From: Pelagomonas calceolata
Lineage: Eukaryota
Direction of reading: 5' to 3'
NCBI GenBank assembly: GCA_918797485.1
Contig: CAKKNE010000004.1
Location: 2,418,001 to 2,482,000, forward strand
Length of the DNA stretch: 64,000 nucleotides
A program made the translations under genes and the position numbers. Positions 22,544 to 33,440 of this stretch are shown here, piece by piece. Under the pieces are notes generated by a model. That model was not told where the DNA came from, searched no databases, and saw only the letters and a program-made list of their open reading frames with translations. Every line of letters starts with the position of its first letter. Position 1 is the stretch's first letter.

Positions 22544-25500
22544 CTAGGAAGACGACGGCACGCGGGAAAGCAACTCGCCCTTCGCTGCATCGCCCTCGGC
22601 GCCCCAGTTCGTCTCCAGCATGGCCAGCGTCTCCTCGACGGCCGGCTCCATGTCGTCGCGCTCCGGCAGCTCCGCTGAAGCGACCAACGAAGCCCCGCGC
22701 TCGCGCACGTAGTAGACGAAGGGCTTCAGACGTAATTGACGAGGCTCCGGCTTCAGCAAGGACGGCCGCGGCGCACTTCGAGACGACAGGCCCCTAATTT
22801 CCTTCTCTAATTTCCGCCACTCATCAGTAGCCTGGGTCTCCTCCCGTTTCGCTTGCTTGAGTTTGGGCTCCAACGCCCTTAACTCGGCCTCGACGACGTG
22901 CGCCGGCCGCACGGCGCGCTTCTTCTCGAGTGCTTTTTGCGCCTGGCGCTCGCGCGAGGCCCGGACGCCTTCGCACTTCGACTTGAGGGCGACGCATCTC
23001 GATGCGAGGTCATTGTGCGACGCTCCTAGGATCCTACGATCGAATAGGAACCGGTCCGTCGATCTCATGGCCGCAGATAGGGCGTGACCGTCGGTATCCT
23101 TGAGGAGGTAGCACGCCGTGAGTAGGAAGCGGTCTTCGGAGCGAGTATAGGGCCGTTCATCATCTCTGATTTGAGTAGCAGGACCCCCACCGTCAATGGG
23201 CAACGCGTCCAACGCATTACCTTCTTCCACAGCACTCGACACAAGTTCTTCGAACGCACTGTCGTTCTTCTTGCTATCGATCGTCGCCTTCTCTCCTCGC
23301 TCGATCTGCCTGAGAGCGCGAGAATACTCCGCTTGATCTCTCCACTTCTCCGCCTTTTTCTGGTCAAAAAACGCTTCATGAAAAGCTTTGACCTCTGATA
23401 TTTCGATGCCGGGCGCCACAGCCTGTAAACCAGACGTGATCTTGTCGTGGGCGTGGCGGCCGTGCTGTGCCGACAACCGCCGCCACTGCATGAAGCGTTC
23501 TTTGGTCCACTGGCGGAACCCTGCTTCTAACAGCCGCTTCTTCTCCTCCGACACTGACGGTTCTAGGACACCACACTCGCTATTCCCTACTTCTTTGTAC
23601 TTCTGCGGATCCGACAACAACGCCGTAAACCCCTCCGTCTCGAGCTTCCCGATCTCCGACAACCGAGCCACGTCCAAAAACGCCCAGTCGTCGAGCCGCG
23701 GCATGCGGTGCTTGGGCGGGACCGGGTTCCTTTTTTTGGCCGCCTCCTTGGCCTGGTACTCTTGCGCATTCAAGACGGCCTGGGCGTTGTAGGCGGACTT
23801 TTTTCTTTCACCAGGACCCTCTAGAGCTGTGACCGCCGCGGCGGTCTTGAGCGCGTCCAAATCTTGTTTTTGTCTCTGAGCATAGTTCACGCCCTCGAAG
23901 GTCTGGGTGTACTGGCCCCCGTCGAGCTTGAAATCCAACATGTCGCCCTTGTCGTCCTGCTGGAACTTCTCATCTAAGAGTTTGGTGCGCTCCCGACCTC
24001 TTTCTAAGATAGCATCTAGGTCTTCATCCTTCACATCACCCTCGGCCCGGAAGATGGCAGAAGCGCCGAAAGTAACAGCCTCCAACATCTCGTCCTTCGA
24101 CGGTCCTTGTGGTTTCTTCTCCTGGTTTAATCGCCCTTGCTGCACGACCATGGCGTCCAATTTCAACTTCTTCTTGGCCCGTTCCACAATCTTCTCTTCT
24201 ATCGTGTCCGCCGTGACTAATCTGTACACATGTACGGGTTTGGTTTGACCTATTCTATGGCACCGATCCATGGCCTGCAAGTCGGCCTGCGGGTTCCAGT
24301 CCGAGTCGAACAAAATACAAGTATCCGCGGTCTGCAAGTTGATCCCCAAACCACCGGCTCGCGTCGATAGCAAAAAGACGAACTTCGAGCTATTGGGTTT
24401 GTTGTACTCCTCGATGAACTCGTCGCGCTCGTCGTAGGACGTGTTCCCATCAATTCTACAGTACTCGTACTTGCGCATCGCCATCACGTCCTCCAGCACG
24501 TCTAGTAAGTGCGTCATCTGCGAGAAGATCAGTACTCTGTGACCTTTTTCTTTCAGTCTACTCAGTAGCTTGTCCATCAACTTGAGCTTCCCACAAGCGT
24601 CGATGACGTGCTCGCCGAGCGGGTCTAGGGTTCTATCCTCGACGCCCTGGAACAGGTAGGGGTGGTTGCAGCACTTCCGGAGCTGCATGGCGATGTTCGC
24701 GATCGACGCCCTGGAGCAGGAACCGTCCTCCTTGCCTAGTAAGGAAGCGTCGCGTTTCAGCAGCGACTTGTACACGTCTCTCTGGCACTTCGTCAGCGAC
24801 GCAAACAGAATCGTTTCTGTTTTGGGAGGCATGCTCCGCTCGACGTCGGCCTTGAGCCGCCGCAGCACGAAGGGCCGCAGCAGTTTGTGCAATTGCGAGA
24901 TCATCGTCTTCTTCGCGTCGTCGTCATCAACATCAAGATCGAACCTGCGCGCGGTTTACGCCGTCGGCGCGCGTCGGCTCCGTCGGACGAGGTCGCGTGA
25001 TACGGACGCTGACGCACACCACTCGTCGAACTGGTCCGACGAGGCGAAGACGTCCGGTAATAGAAAATTCAGCAAAGCCCAGAGCTCGTGGAGGTTGTTC
25101 TGGAGGGGCGTGCCCGTCACGAGCAAGCGCCTTTCCGCTCGTAAGGACCGCGCCGTCCGCGCAAACAAGGAAGCTTCGTTCTTGATGCGGTGCGCTTCGT
25201 CGATGACGACGAAGCGCCACGAGACCTTCTCCAGGGACTTCTGCTCCGCGTTCGCGACTTCGTACGTCGTGACGACGACGTCATAGTCTCTTCTAGAAGC
25301 TCCAGGTTTGAGGACATCCCTCACGAAGGCGGCCCTATCAGGTTTAGGACCGTGGAACCGCACCGCGCGGATCTCGGGGCACCACCTTGCGAATTCATTC
25401 ATCCAGTTGCCTAATGTACTTTTAGGTACCAGTATCAAGTGAGGTCCTTCGATCTTCCTCCCTTCTCTCAGCCATGCTAACATAGAAATGCACTGCAGCG

Positions 25501-26373
25501 TCTTCCCTAAACCCATTTCATCAGCTAAAATGCCGTTCATGCCGTGGTCGTAGAGCCGGATCATCCAGTTCAGTCCTTCTAATTGATAAGGCCGCATCTG
25601 GCCGCCTTTTATGTTCGAGGGCTGCCTTGATAGTCGTGTGGTCGCTTCTGCCTCTTCTTTGGTCTCGAGGTCGTCCTCCTCGAGCGTTCTAGCGCGTCTT
25701 TTGACGGGCGACTTGACCTCCTGCGTCTCCTTCTTTTTTGAGGCGGCCGCGGCCGTCGCGCCGGCGCCGAAGTGGCCGAAGATGTCCGACTGCGACAGCA
25801 GGAACTTTAACCTAGCTTGCGCCGCGTCAGCTAACCTACCATCTAAGGCTTCGCGCTCCGCGTCCATGCGCGACTCGCGCGCCGAGCGCTCGCTTTGTTT
25901 CGCCGAGCGCTCGGCCTGCTGCTTCTCGGACAGCACGCGGGGCTTGCGCTCCTTCTTGGGCTTGGGCGCCTCCGAGACCGGCGCCGCCGCTCGTTTTGTG
26001 CCGCGGCCGCCGCCTTCTCTAGCTTTCCGCTTGGCCTCCTGCTCGGCCAGGACTTGCGCGTCGCGCGCCGCGGACGCCTCGTCGTAGCGCTTCTTGTCGG
26101 CCGCCGCTTGGGCCTCGTAGGGCGACTTGTCCGCGAGGGCCTTCCAGCGCGCCGAGATCTCCTGCATGCGCTCGCCTGCGGTCGGGGTCGCGTTTCTGTT
26201 GCGGTGGGCCCGCGGTCCGCCTTTGTTCGCCGGTTGAATTCAAACGAAGGCGCCGCGACGGTATCGAGACTCGACGCCGGTGTGATGCCGAGCGGCACGC
26301 CCACCATCTGCTTGTTCATGGCCGCCTGAAAGAAGGCGTAGGCGCTCTTCGCCTTCGGGATCGATTCCGCCAT
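22544..26373 (-). CDS. ISWI: ISWI/SNF2H-type chromatin remodeller with N-terminal HMG box; introns 26176-26288 (GC-AG) and 24945-25019
   Basis: GILADEMGLGKTLQ, IDEAHRIKNE, TGTPLQNNL, QLRKCCNHPYLF, STRAGGLGINL, QAMDRCHRIGQ; divergent SANT/SLIDE region; HMG-like PKAKSAYAFF...ISARWKAL...ADKKRY. Confidence 0.92.
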
Positions 26374-26727
26374 GGCTACGTCGAATTGACCCGGAGGGAC
26401 AGGAGGGGCCTGGCGCTGCGGTGCTGTCCGCGGCGCAGGTATTGCCACCCCTTCTGAGTCCTCTCACAGCCCTAGAGAGGCCGCTCGCCGACCCCCTCTG
26501 CCGGTACTGAGGCGCTAGTATGCAAACTCAGAGGGTGAATTACAAAGCGCGACCAGGCTGGAAATACTAGTATGTCTATGAACTAGGCCGACGGGACCAG
26601 GATTGATTGCGCCGGCAGAATAACGCTTCAGAGTCTCACAAGGACACCGCCCAGGGGCTGTGGACCGGCGCCGCAATACGCCGTCGGCGCGTGGTCCATT
26701 CGAGTACGTCCAACGCCATGAAGTCAA

Positions 26728-28080
26728 TTACTCCCCCAGAGAAGGCAGGCGGGGTTCGGGCAGCGGCACGTCGAAGAGGCCTCCGGACGCGACGCCGGCC
26801 GGGACCGTCACAGTCATGTCCTGGCCCGTCGTCGGCGCGCGGACGCGCAGGCGCGAGCCGGGGCCGGCGCCCTCCGGCACCGACACGGCAAAGGTCCTCT
26901 TCTTCTGCGGCGCTCCTCCGAACCACGAGTGACGAGACGGCGTCACGGTCGCCTCCTCGAGAGCGCGCTCGCGCTTCTGCTCGTCCAGAGCTACAAACAA
27001 GACGTCGCGCTCCGTGGATAGGTCGATGCCGTCCGCCGCGGAAAACTTGAACGTCGTCCTGACCGCAACGTGCATGAAGGACCGCTCGCCCGTGTCGTCG
27101 CAGCGCACCTCGCTTAGATGCGAGTAGGCCGTGCAGACGACGCGGCCGTCGACGAAGGCGTCGATCGTGGTCGGGGGCTCCGTCGGCCGCGAGACGAGCG
27201 CGTGGTCCTCGAGGTCGCTGTATTCATCATCATCAGAAGCCTGGACGGTCGAGCCGTCTCCACAAAGCGAGGGCGCGCGGGACGACGTCGACGACAACAC
27301 CTCGGCGACCTGGGCCTCGGTCGCCGCGTCGGCCGCGCGCCGCTGCTCGAGGTGCTTCCGCGCGCGGGCCCAGGCGTCCAACCCTACTCTCGTGCGCCAG
27401 ACCGCTCTCAAAGCAGCCGTCGCCAGCGCTTGGGCCGCCTCGGGCCGCTGCGGCGGGAAGACGTCGCTTTTGTCATCGATTGCTCTGAGACCAGAGCAGT
27501 GGTCGCGGACTTTGGCTTCGAGGTCGCCGCCCTGGACCTGTGTGGAAATCAACCAGTGAGTCGAGAGGCGACATTTGATTTCTACGCAGCCTTGGACCTC
27601 GACGCCGCCCACGATCACGGCCTCGCGCGCGAAGTCCTTGGCCATCTGGACGGCGTCGTCGGGCGGCGCGGTCCGGTCGAGCGGCGACGTCGGAGAACTC
27701 GGTTCCCGCGCGTGATCGTCGTCGCGGGAGACGTAGGTGCCGTGGCCGCCGCTGTCGCGGCTCAGCAGCCCCGGAAACCGCTCGTGCACGCGTTTTTCTA
27801 TTGCCCAGCGCGCTTCAGCCGCGGCGTCGACGGCGGCTTTCGGCGCGCCGGCCTCCCGCAGGGCTTCCGCCTCTCGACGAGCGTCGATGAGCGAAAAGAC
27901 GAGTTGACTGTACTCGGCGGTCCACGCTCTCCGCTTGGCGGCCGCCTGGCGCGCGGCCTTGGCGTTCTTGCGCGCCGGCGACAGGGCGCCGCGCAAGCTG
28001 TAGAGCAAGGGGTAGCGGTCGGCGTCGAGCTGCATCTCAAGTAGTTTTTGGCCTTCCAAGGCGCCTGAATAATGATACAA
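26728..28080 (-). CDS. Hypothetical protein; start uncertain; in-frame introner intron 27538-27597
   Basis: Long ORF with host-like codon usage; C-terminal VPEGAGPG...VTVPAGV repeat. Confidence 0.6.
   Translation of the reverse strand: MYHYSGALEGQKLLEMQLDADRYPLLYSLRGALSPARKNAKAARQAAAKRRAWTAEYSQLVFSLIDARREAEALREAGAPKAAVDAAAEARWAIEKRVHERFPGLLSRDSGGHGTYVSRDDDHAREPSSPTSPLDRTAPPDDAVQMAKDFAREAVIVGGVEVQGCVEIKCRLSTHWLISTQVQGGDLEAKVRDHCSGLRAIDDKSDVFPPQRPEAAQALATAALRAVWRTRVGLDAWARARKHLEQRRAADAATEAQVAEVLSSTSSRAPSLCGDGSTVQASDDDEYSDLEDHALVSRPTEPPTTIDAFVDGRVVCTAYSHLSEVRCDDTGERSFMHVAVRTTFKFSAADGIDLSTERDVLFVALDEQKRERALEEATVTPSRHSWFGGAPQKKRTFAVSVPEGAGPGSRLRVRAPTTGQDMTVTVPAGVASGGLFDVPLPEPRLPSLGE
27530..27597 (-). 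mobile_element. Minimal 52-bp introner (27538-27589)
   Basis: TIRs ctgtgtggaaatcaa / ttgatttctacgcag; TSD ccctggac / ccttggac; 60-nt GT-AG intron on the minus strand. Confidence 0.88.
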
Positions 28081-28405
28081 GGCGCCGCGGTACTGCGGGG
28101 AGTTCTAATCTCTTCCCGCGAGGCCGCGCGTCGCGGTGTATCCGGGATTTGTGTCGCTGATGAATCTCAGAGGAAAACGATTCCTGCGGCGCGACACCGC
28201 TTGGCCACCGTCTTGCGCAGTGAAACAGTGGTGAACTGTCCCTCTAAAAGGCCTAAACCGTCGCGTGGGCGACAATGCGCGTGGCTCCGATTTGTGGTGC
28301 ATGCCAGGCTAATTTAGCTCTGATTCCTTAGATCCCTCTGCAATGATCCGTAACTGCTACGGACACGATAGACAAGAATCAGCAAAAACTCCTTGTGTGA
28401 ATCCA

Positions 28406-28427
28406 GCTAGCGTAGTAAGACACTAGC
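28406..28427. promoter_or_regulatory. Bipartite upstream motif between divergent genes
   Basis: gctagcgtagtaagacactagc. Confidence 0.6.
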
Positions 28428-28641
28428 AAGCTGGACGGCCAAGGCGCGCTCACCGCCTAAACGAGCTCACTGTCCTGTACCGTAGCCAAGGACAAGCGCA
28501 GGAGTGGCCTATCACGCTGTCAAGGCTCACTTCTTAAGCCCGAGAGCGCGCGCCCACGAATCAAGCACTGCTGGACCATAAAGAGAGCGCGCTTAAAAAT
28601 ACGAATAGCGTCCGTGCGACATCGTCAAAATACGAATAGCC

Positions 28642-30186
28642 ATGCCATCGAGCAAAGCAAGAACGTACGCGGCCCCGCGCCTGCCGCTGAGCCAAGCCAC
28701 CACAACAAATCTGGGCCCGCCCGTACCCAGAAGGCCGCAGCCAACGCAAAGGACGGGCCCGCCGCCTGTTCTACGGCAGCCGCCGCGGCCGCCCCAGCGC
28801 ACAGCGGCGCGGTCCGACGACCTCGCGCGGCGCGAGGCGGCCATGGCGCAACGAGCCGCGGACGTAGCAAGGCGAGAAGCGGCTCTGGCCGCGTCCGAAG
28901 GCCCCGCGGCGGACCTCGCGGCGCGCTTACGAGCGGCCGACGAGCGCATCTTCGAGCAGCGCGCGGAAATGGCCACCATCGAATTGGACGCGCGCTACCA
29001 GGTCGAACGCGCCCGCGAGGCCGCGGCGTCGGAGGGCCGCTTCGCCCGCGACCGCTTGGAAAGGGAAGCTAGAGATTTGAGGAGGCGCGTCGCGCGGCTC
29101 GAGTCGCAACGGGCCGCGGCGAACCGCGCGGCAGCCTCGCCGACGCCGGACAACACGCCCATGGAAGACGTTTCTACATCAGAACCGCGGAATTCCACCG
29201 CGGACGACGCGCTGCGCGTCGTCTTCGGCGAGCGCCGCGACGAGGTCGCGAGTCTGTGCGTCGCGTCGCCGGCGTTGCGCGCGGCCTGCGCGGGCCTCGC
29301 GGGGTCCGGCGACCGCGGCGCGGCCGTCGAGGCGGCGCTCGCCGCGCTCGGCGCCGTCGCGGCGAAGGCGGCGTCGCGGCAGAGTTCCGAGGACGCTGTG
29401 GAGAGGGCCCGGGCGGCGTTAGGTGTCGCCGCGGACCTCTGCGCGGCCTGCGGCGGCGGCGCGGCGGCCGCGGCCGCCGCCGCGCCGGCGCGCGCGGGCA
29501 GCGGCCGCTGCGTCGCGATAGCGTTAGATATTGCTTCCAAAGCGGAGCACCCGCTGCGGACAACGGCGGCGGCGACGGCGGCGACCGCGGCGGCCTGTGC
29601 ATTACCGCCGGCCGACGCGCAGACCGCCGCGTGGTGGCGCGCGCGCGCCGCCGAGGCGTTGAATGCCGCATCACCAAACGACGGCGCCGCCGACGCGCTG
29701 GATCTGGCCGCGGCCGTGGCCCACAGCCAGGGTGACACGGAGATCGAGGTCGACGTCTGGCCGGCCGTCGCGGCGCTCGCGGCGCGCTGCGCGGAGAAAA
29801 GCGATGGCCCCGCGCTCGAGCGCGTCGCTGCGTTGTGCGGGAGCGCCGCGGGCCGCGACGTCCGGCGCGGCGCGGCGCGGCTCTCGTATCAAAGCGACGG
29901 CCGCGCGGTCGCGGCGATCCTCGCGCGCGCCGCAAATGATGTTGATGCGTCTTCTGTACTGGCGCGAGGCGTCGTGGCCGCGCTCGGCCACGTCGCCTTC
30001 TTCGCGCCGGACCTGGGTTTTGATGTGGTCCTGGGCGCGCGGGGCGACGCCCTGGCCGCGCACGAGGTCGCGGCGCTCTGCGAGCGGGCCGTCGCGCTCG
30101 GTGAAGGCGCGAGCGACGCGACCGCCGTCCTCGCGCGCGTGAAGAACCTGACGCGGCCCGCGCCGTCCCCCTCGCAATCACAGTAG
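28642..30186 (+). CDS. Hypothetical protein: coiled coil plus Ala-rich helical region
   Basis: 514-aa ATG-initiated ORF downstream of the promoter motif. Confidence 0.65.
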   Translation: MPSSKARTYAAPRLPLSQATTTNLGPPVPRRPQPTQRTGPPPVLRQPPRPPQRTAARSDDLARREAAMAQRAADVARREAALAASEGPAADLAARLRAADERIFEQRAEMATIELDARYQVERAREAAASEGRFARDRLEREARDLRRRVARLESQRAAANRAAASPTPDNTPMEDVSTSEPRNSTADDALRVVFGERRDEVASLCVASPALRAACAGLAGSGDRGAAVEAALAALGAVAAKAASRQSSEDAVERARAALGVAADLCAACGGGAAAAAAAAPARAGSGRCVAIALDIASKAEHPLRTTAAATAATAAACALPPADAQTAAWWRARAAEALNAASPNDGAADALDLAAAVAHSQGDTEIEVDVWPAVAALAARCAEKSDGPALERVAALCGSAAGRDVRRGAARLSYQSDGRAVAAILARAANDVDASSVLARGVVAALGHVAFFAPDLGFDVVLGARGDALAAHEVAALCERAVALGEGASDATAVLARVKNLTRPAPSPSQSQ

Positions 30187-30364
30187 AATAAGAAGCATGT
30201 TCGTTCCTGAATTTTCCCCTACGCCGTCGACGCGAGATCAACTGCGATATCCTCTGATGACGTTCGGTCCGAATCGGGATGTTCGGGTTTGGAGGTTTGC
30301 TTGCCCATGCGAACCGCAGGCTGCCCAATCGCACCGCACGCGTCGCGAGGCAGCCCAAGACATC

Positions 30365-31390
30365 ATGGCCTCGTTCGCCGGCGACGACTACGCGCTCGAG
30401 CGCCGGAAACTGCGGGAGCTCCAGGCCTCGGTGAGCCGGAGCACAAACCGGCCCCCATCAGAGCCACGCAAAAAGGCGCCGACGCCGACCAGCGATGGAA
30501 CCGCCGCCGCCGCGGTGGCGGCGAAGCGGTTGCGAGCGGCTCTCAAGGTCGCGGGCATGCGCCGGGCGGCGGAGCTCGAGGTGATTGGTCTCCTCGACGC
30601 GCTCGAGTCCGCGCACGCGCGCTGCGCTGATGCGGCGGCGTCGAATGCGGCGGCGGAGCGTGCTGTTCTTGAAGAATCCCTGACGGCGGCGCGGGCGGAC
30701 GCGGAGGCTGCCCGAGCTGATGCGGCGGAAGCCGTTTCTCGCGCGCTGGAGGCCGAGCGCTCGCGGAGCGCCGGGGCCGTCGCCTGCGTAGACGCGCGCG
30801 GAGCGGAGTGCGTCGCTAGTGCTGCGCGCGCGGCTGACTCAATCCGCGAGGAGCTCAAAACCACGCGCCGAGCGATGCGGCGCGAGTCCGACGCGCGGCG
30901 CGACGCCGAGGCGGCGCGGAACTGCGCCGAGGCGAATCTCGAGAAGGCGTGCCAAGAATGCGCGGCCGCGGAGGCGCGGCAAAAGGAGGCCGAGCGGAGC
31001 GCGCAGGCCGCACGCGACGCGGCGGGCGACGCGGCCGCGGCCGGCGAGGCGGCGCGGCGCGCGGAGCGGGAACGGGACGCGGCGATAGCCTCGCGGAACG
31101 CTGCCCGCGGCGAGTTGGCCGCGGCGCAGCGCGTCCGCAAGGCCGACCGCGCCGCGCACGAGGCCGAGAAAAACAGCTGGAAGGCGCGGACGGAGGCCGA
31201 GATGGACGCCCTCGACGGTAAAATACGGCGGCTCCTGCGGACGCGGGACGCCGAGATCGCGTCCTTGCGGGAGGCGCTCTCGGCGGCGCGCGGTGAACGG
31301 GACCGCGCGCGGGGGTACCTGGAGGAGCTCGGGAACGAGCTGCCTGTTTCCGAGCGAGTGGTGGCGGGGGCGGCGGGGGAAAGTTACTAA
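30365..31390 (+). CDS. Hypothetical coiled-coil protein
   Basis: A/E/R-rich heptad pattern; start at MASFAGDDY. Confidence 0.65.
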   Translation: MASFAGDDYALERRKLRELQASVSRSTNRPPSEPRKKAPTPTSDGTAAAAVAAKRLRAALKVAGMRRAAELEVIGLLDALESAHARCADAAASNAAAERAVLEESLTAARADAEAARADAAEAVSRALEAERSRSAGAVACVDARGAECVASAARAADSIREELKTTRRAMRRESDARRDAEAARNCAEANLEKACQECAAAEARQKEAERSAQAARDAAGDAAAAGEAARRAERERDAAIASRNAARGELAAAQRVRKADRAAHEAEKNSWKARTEAEMDALDGKIRRLLRTRDAEIASLREALSAARGERDRARGYLEELGNELPVSERVVAGAAGESY

Positions 31391-31467
31391 AAAAGATGTC
31401 GAGAAAACCCGTTGTGAGGGCACCGCGCGCACGCCGATTCGCCTCTAGCCTCGCCTCCAGACCAAAA

Positions 31468-32205
31468 ATGATCCTCACAATATGCGCCGCCTGCGCCGCC
31501 CCACTGGCCCACGACGCGCCGCGATGCATTAGATGTAAAATGAGGTATTGTGACCAGACCTGCCAGCATGACCACTGGCGCCGCGGCCACAAGCAGATGT
31601 GTAAGAAAATACACCGCGGCGGCAACGCAGAACAGTATAATGCAGACAAAAAATACAAGGAGGCCGTCGCGGAGGCCGTCGAGGCGTGCGCCGAGGACAC
31701 GAAGGGCCAGACGTGCTACATCTGCACGCAGGCCCTCCACTGGAAGACGAAGGAGGGCCTCGTGCGCGGGTGTGCGTGCCGCGGGACGGCGGGATTCGCG
31801 CACGTGTCGTGCTTGGCGGAGCAGGCGAAGATTTTGGTCGCGGAGGCCGAGGAGAACAATTTAGCAGCCAACAACTACGCGGTGTCCCTTCGTGATCTAG
31901 AGCGCTTCGAAGACGCTAAGGCGCTGCTGCGCAAACCGATGCCTGTGGCACGACGCGTTCTCGGAGAGAATCATCATCTCACGCTCAGAATGCGGTTGAA
32001 TTACGCGGAGGCGCTATACAAGGACCCCGGCGCCACGCTCGACGATCTCCGCGAGGCCAAGACGAGGCTCGAAGAGTTGGCACCGTACGCGCGGCGCGTG
32101 CTCGGCGGCGCGCACCCGATCACAACGGGGATTGAGCGATCCCTGAGTTTGTTGCAAGCAACTTTCCGCGTCTGCGAAACGCCGCCGCCGCCGGGGAGTG
32201 CATAA
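31468..32205 (+). CDS. MYND, incomplete RING-CH and TPR-like protein
   Basis: CAAC...CIRC..YCDQTCQHDHW...HKQMC; CYIC..CAC...HVSC lacking the final CxxC; RRVLG.H..T repeats. Confidence 0.8.
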   Translation: MILTICAACAAPLAHDAPRCIRCKMRYCDQTCQHDHWRRGHKQMCKKIHRGGNAEQYNADKKYKEAVAEAVEACAEDTKGQTCYICTQALHWKTKEGLVRGCACRGTAGFAHVSCLAEQAKILVAEAEENNLAANNYAVSLRDLERFEDAKALLRKPMPVARRVLGENHHLTLRMRLNYAEALYKDPGATLDDLREAKTRLEELAPYARRVLGGAHPITTGIERSLSLLQATFRVCETPPPPGSA

Positions 32206-32257
32206 ATTGTTAGACCGACCGTCGCCCACTTACGTTGCAACACTACACAGTGACACA

Positions 32258-33286
32258 TTAGTCCACCCGCCCCCCGCACGAATTCAGCAGCTTCCACCGC
32301 CGCCGCTCCGGCGGCCCCGTGTTCGGCTGCTGGCAGTTGATCGGGTACTTCGACGCGAAGGGCGGCGCGTTGCGCGCGGGCGCCGCGACGACGGCTCGCC
32401 TGTTCGCGCGGAAGCGCTCGTCGCCGGCGCGGCGCGCGATCTCCGCGTCGAAGCGCCGCTCGTACGTCTCGTAGAGCTGCGAGTCCGCGGCGTTGCACGC
32501 GAGGACGGCGTTCCTGCACGCGGCGTCCTCGCAGCGCGCGGCGCCGCGGCGGCCCCGCGCGACTCGCGCCGAGCGGAGCCTCGCCGGCGACGCCGCGAGG
32601 TCCCAGTTCAGCGACGACGCGAGCAATGCGAGAGACGCGGACATGTCCTTCTGCATCAGCACGAGCGTCTCGTGCGCGTCGAGGCGCGCCGTGATGGCGG
32701 CCGCGGCCGCGAGCTGCTCCTCGCGGGATACGCCGTAGGCGAGCGTGCGCTGTTCTCCGCTTAAAACCCACGCGACGTTGTTGCAGAATGTGTTCGCGTC
32801 GCCGTCGGGGAGGCGCTTCTTCTGGATCGAGTCGACCAACGCGGCGGCGTTGCCGCGGAAGCGCTCGTCCAGGCGCCGCACGAAGCGCATCGTCGAGACG
32901 AAGCGCGACACGGGCTCGCGCATGATCGTGCACCACCGCGCGTTCGGCACGAGGCGGCCCAAACTCAAAACGTCGAGCGTCGGCGTCGGGTGGCGGAACG
33001 ACAAGTCGAAGCGCTCGCCCCGGTCCGCGCGGCGCTTCAGCTCGCCGGCCTTGAAGTGGCCGCTCTCCGACGGGTGCAGCGCGTGCAGCCCGCGCTCGTA
33101 GCCGATCTGCGCGAGGAACTCGCTTACGGTGGTGGAGCCCGTCTTATACGTCTTCACGAAGACAACGCGGTCCGACGCCGGGGCCGTTGGCGCGCCGGCC
33201 GCGGCGTCGACGAATGCTTCGAGCTCCGAGGCGATGTTGGCTGCATGGGCTGTGAGAAGGGTGAGGGCGGCGAGGGCGCGACGCAT
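32258..33286 (-). CDS. Galactose-3-O-sulfotransferase-like sulfotransferase
   Basis: VFVKTYKTGSTT (5' PAPS-binding) and MREPVSRFVS (3' PAPS-binding); signal peptide. Confidence 0.85.
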   Translation of the reverse strand: MRRALAALTLLTAHAANIASELEAFVDAAAGAPTAPASDRVVFVKTYKTGSTTVSEFLAQIGYERGLHALHPSESGHFKAGELKRRADRGERFDLSFRHPTPTLDVLSLGRLVPNARWCTIMREPVSRFVSTMRFVRRLDERFRGNAAALVDSIQKKRLPDGDANTFCNNVAWVLSGEQRTLAYGVSREEQLAAAAAITARLDAHETLVLMQKDMSASLALLASSLNWDLAASPARLRSARVARGRRGAARCEDAACRNAVLACNAADSQLYETYERRFDAEIARRAGDERFRANRRAVVAAPARNAPPFASKYPINCQQPNTGPPERRRWKLLNSCGGRVD

Positions 33287-33440
33287 GCTGCCCGGAGCGG
33301 TGATACGTAAGATTTTGCTATTCTTGCGCTTGGTGCGGCTGCCCCAGATGCGTATCTGTGCTCGAGCCGCCTGTTTTGCGCGCTGCGAGATGCTTTTTAC
33401 GGGTTTCATGAGAAACCCGCCATGCTACGAGCACAACAGA

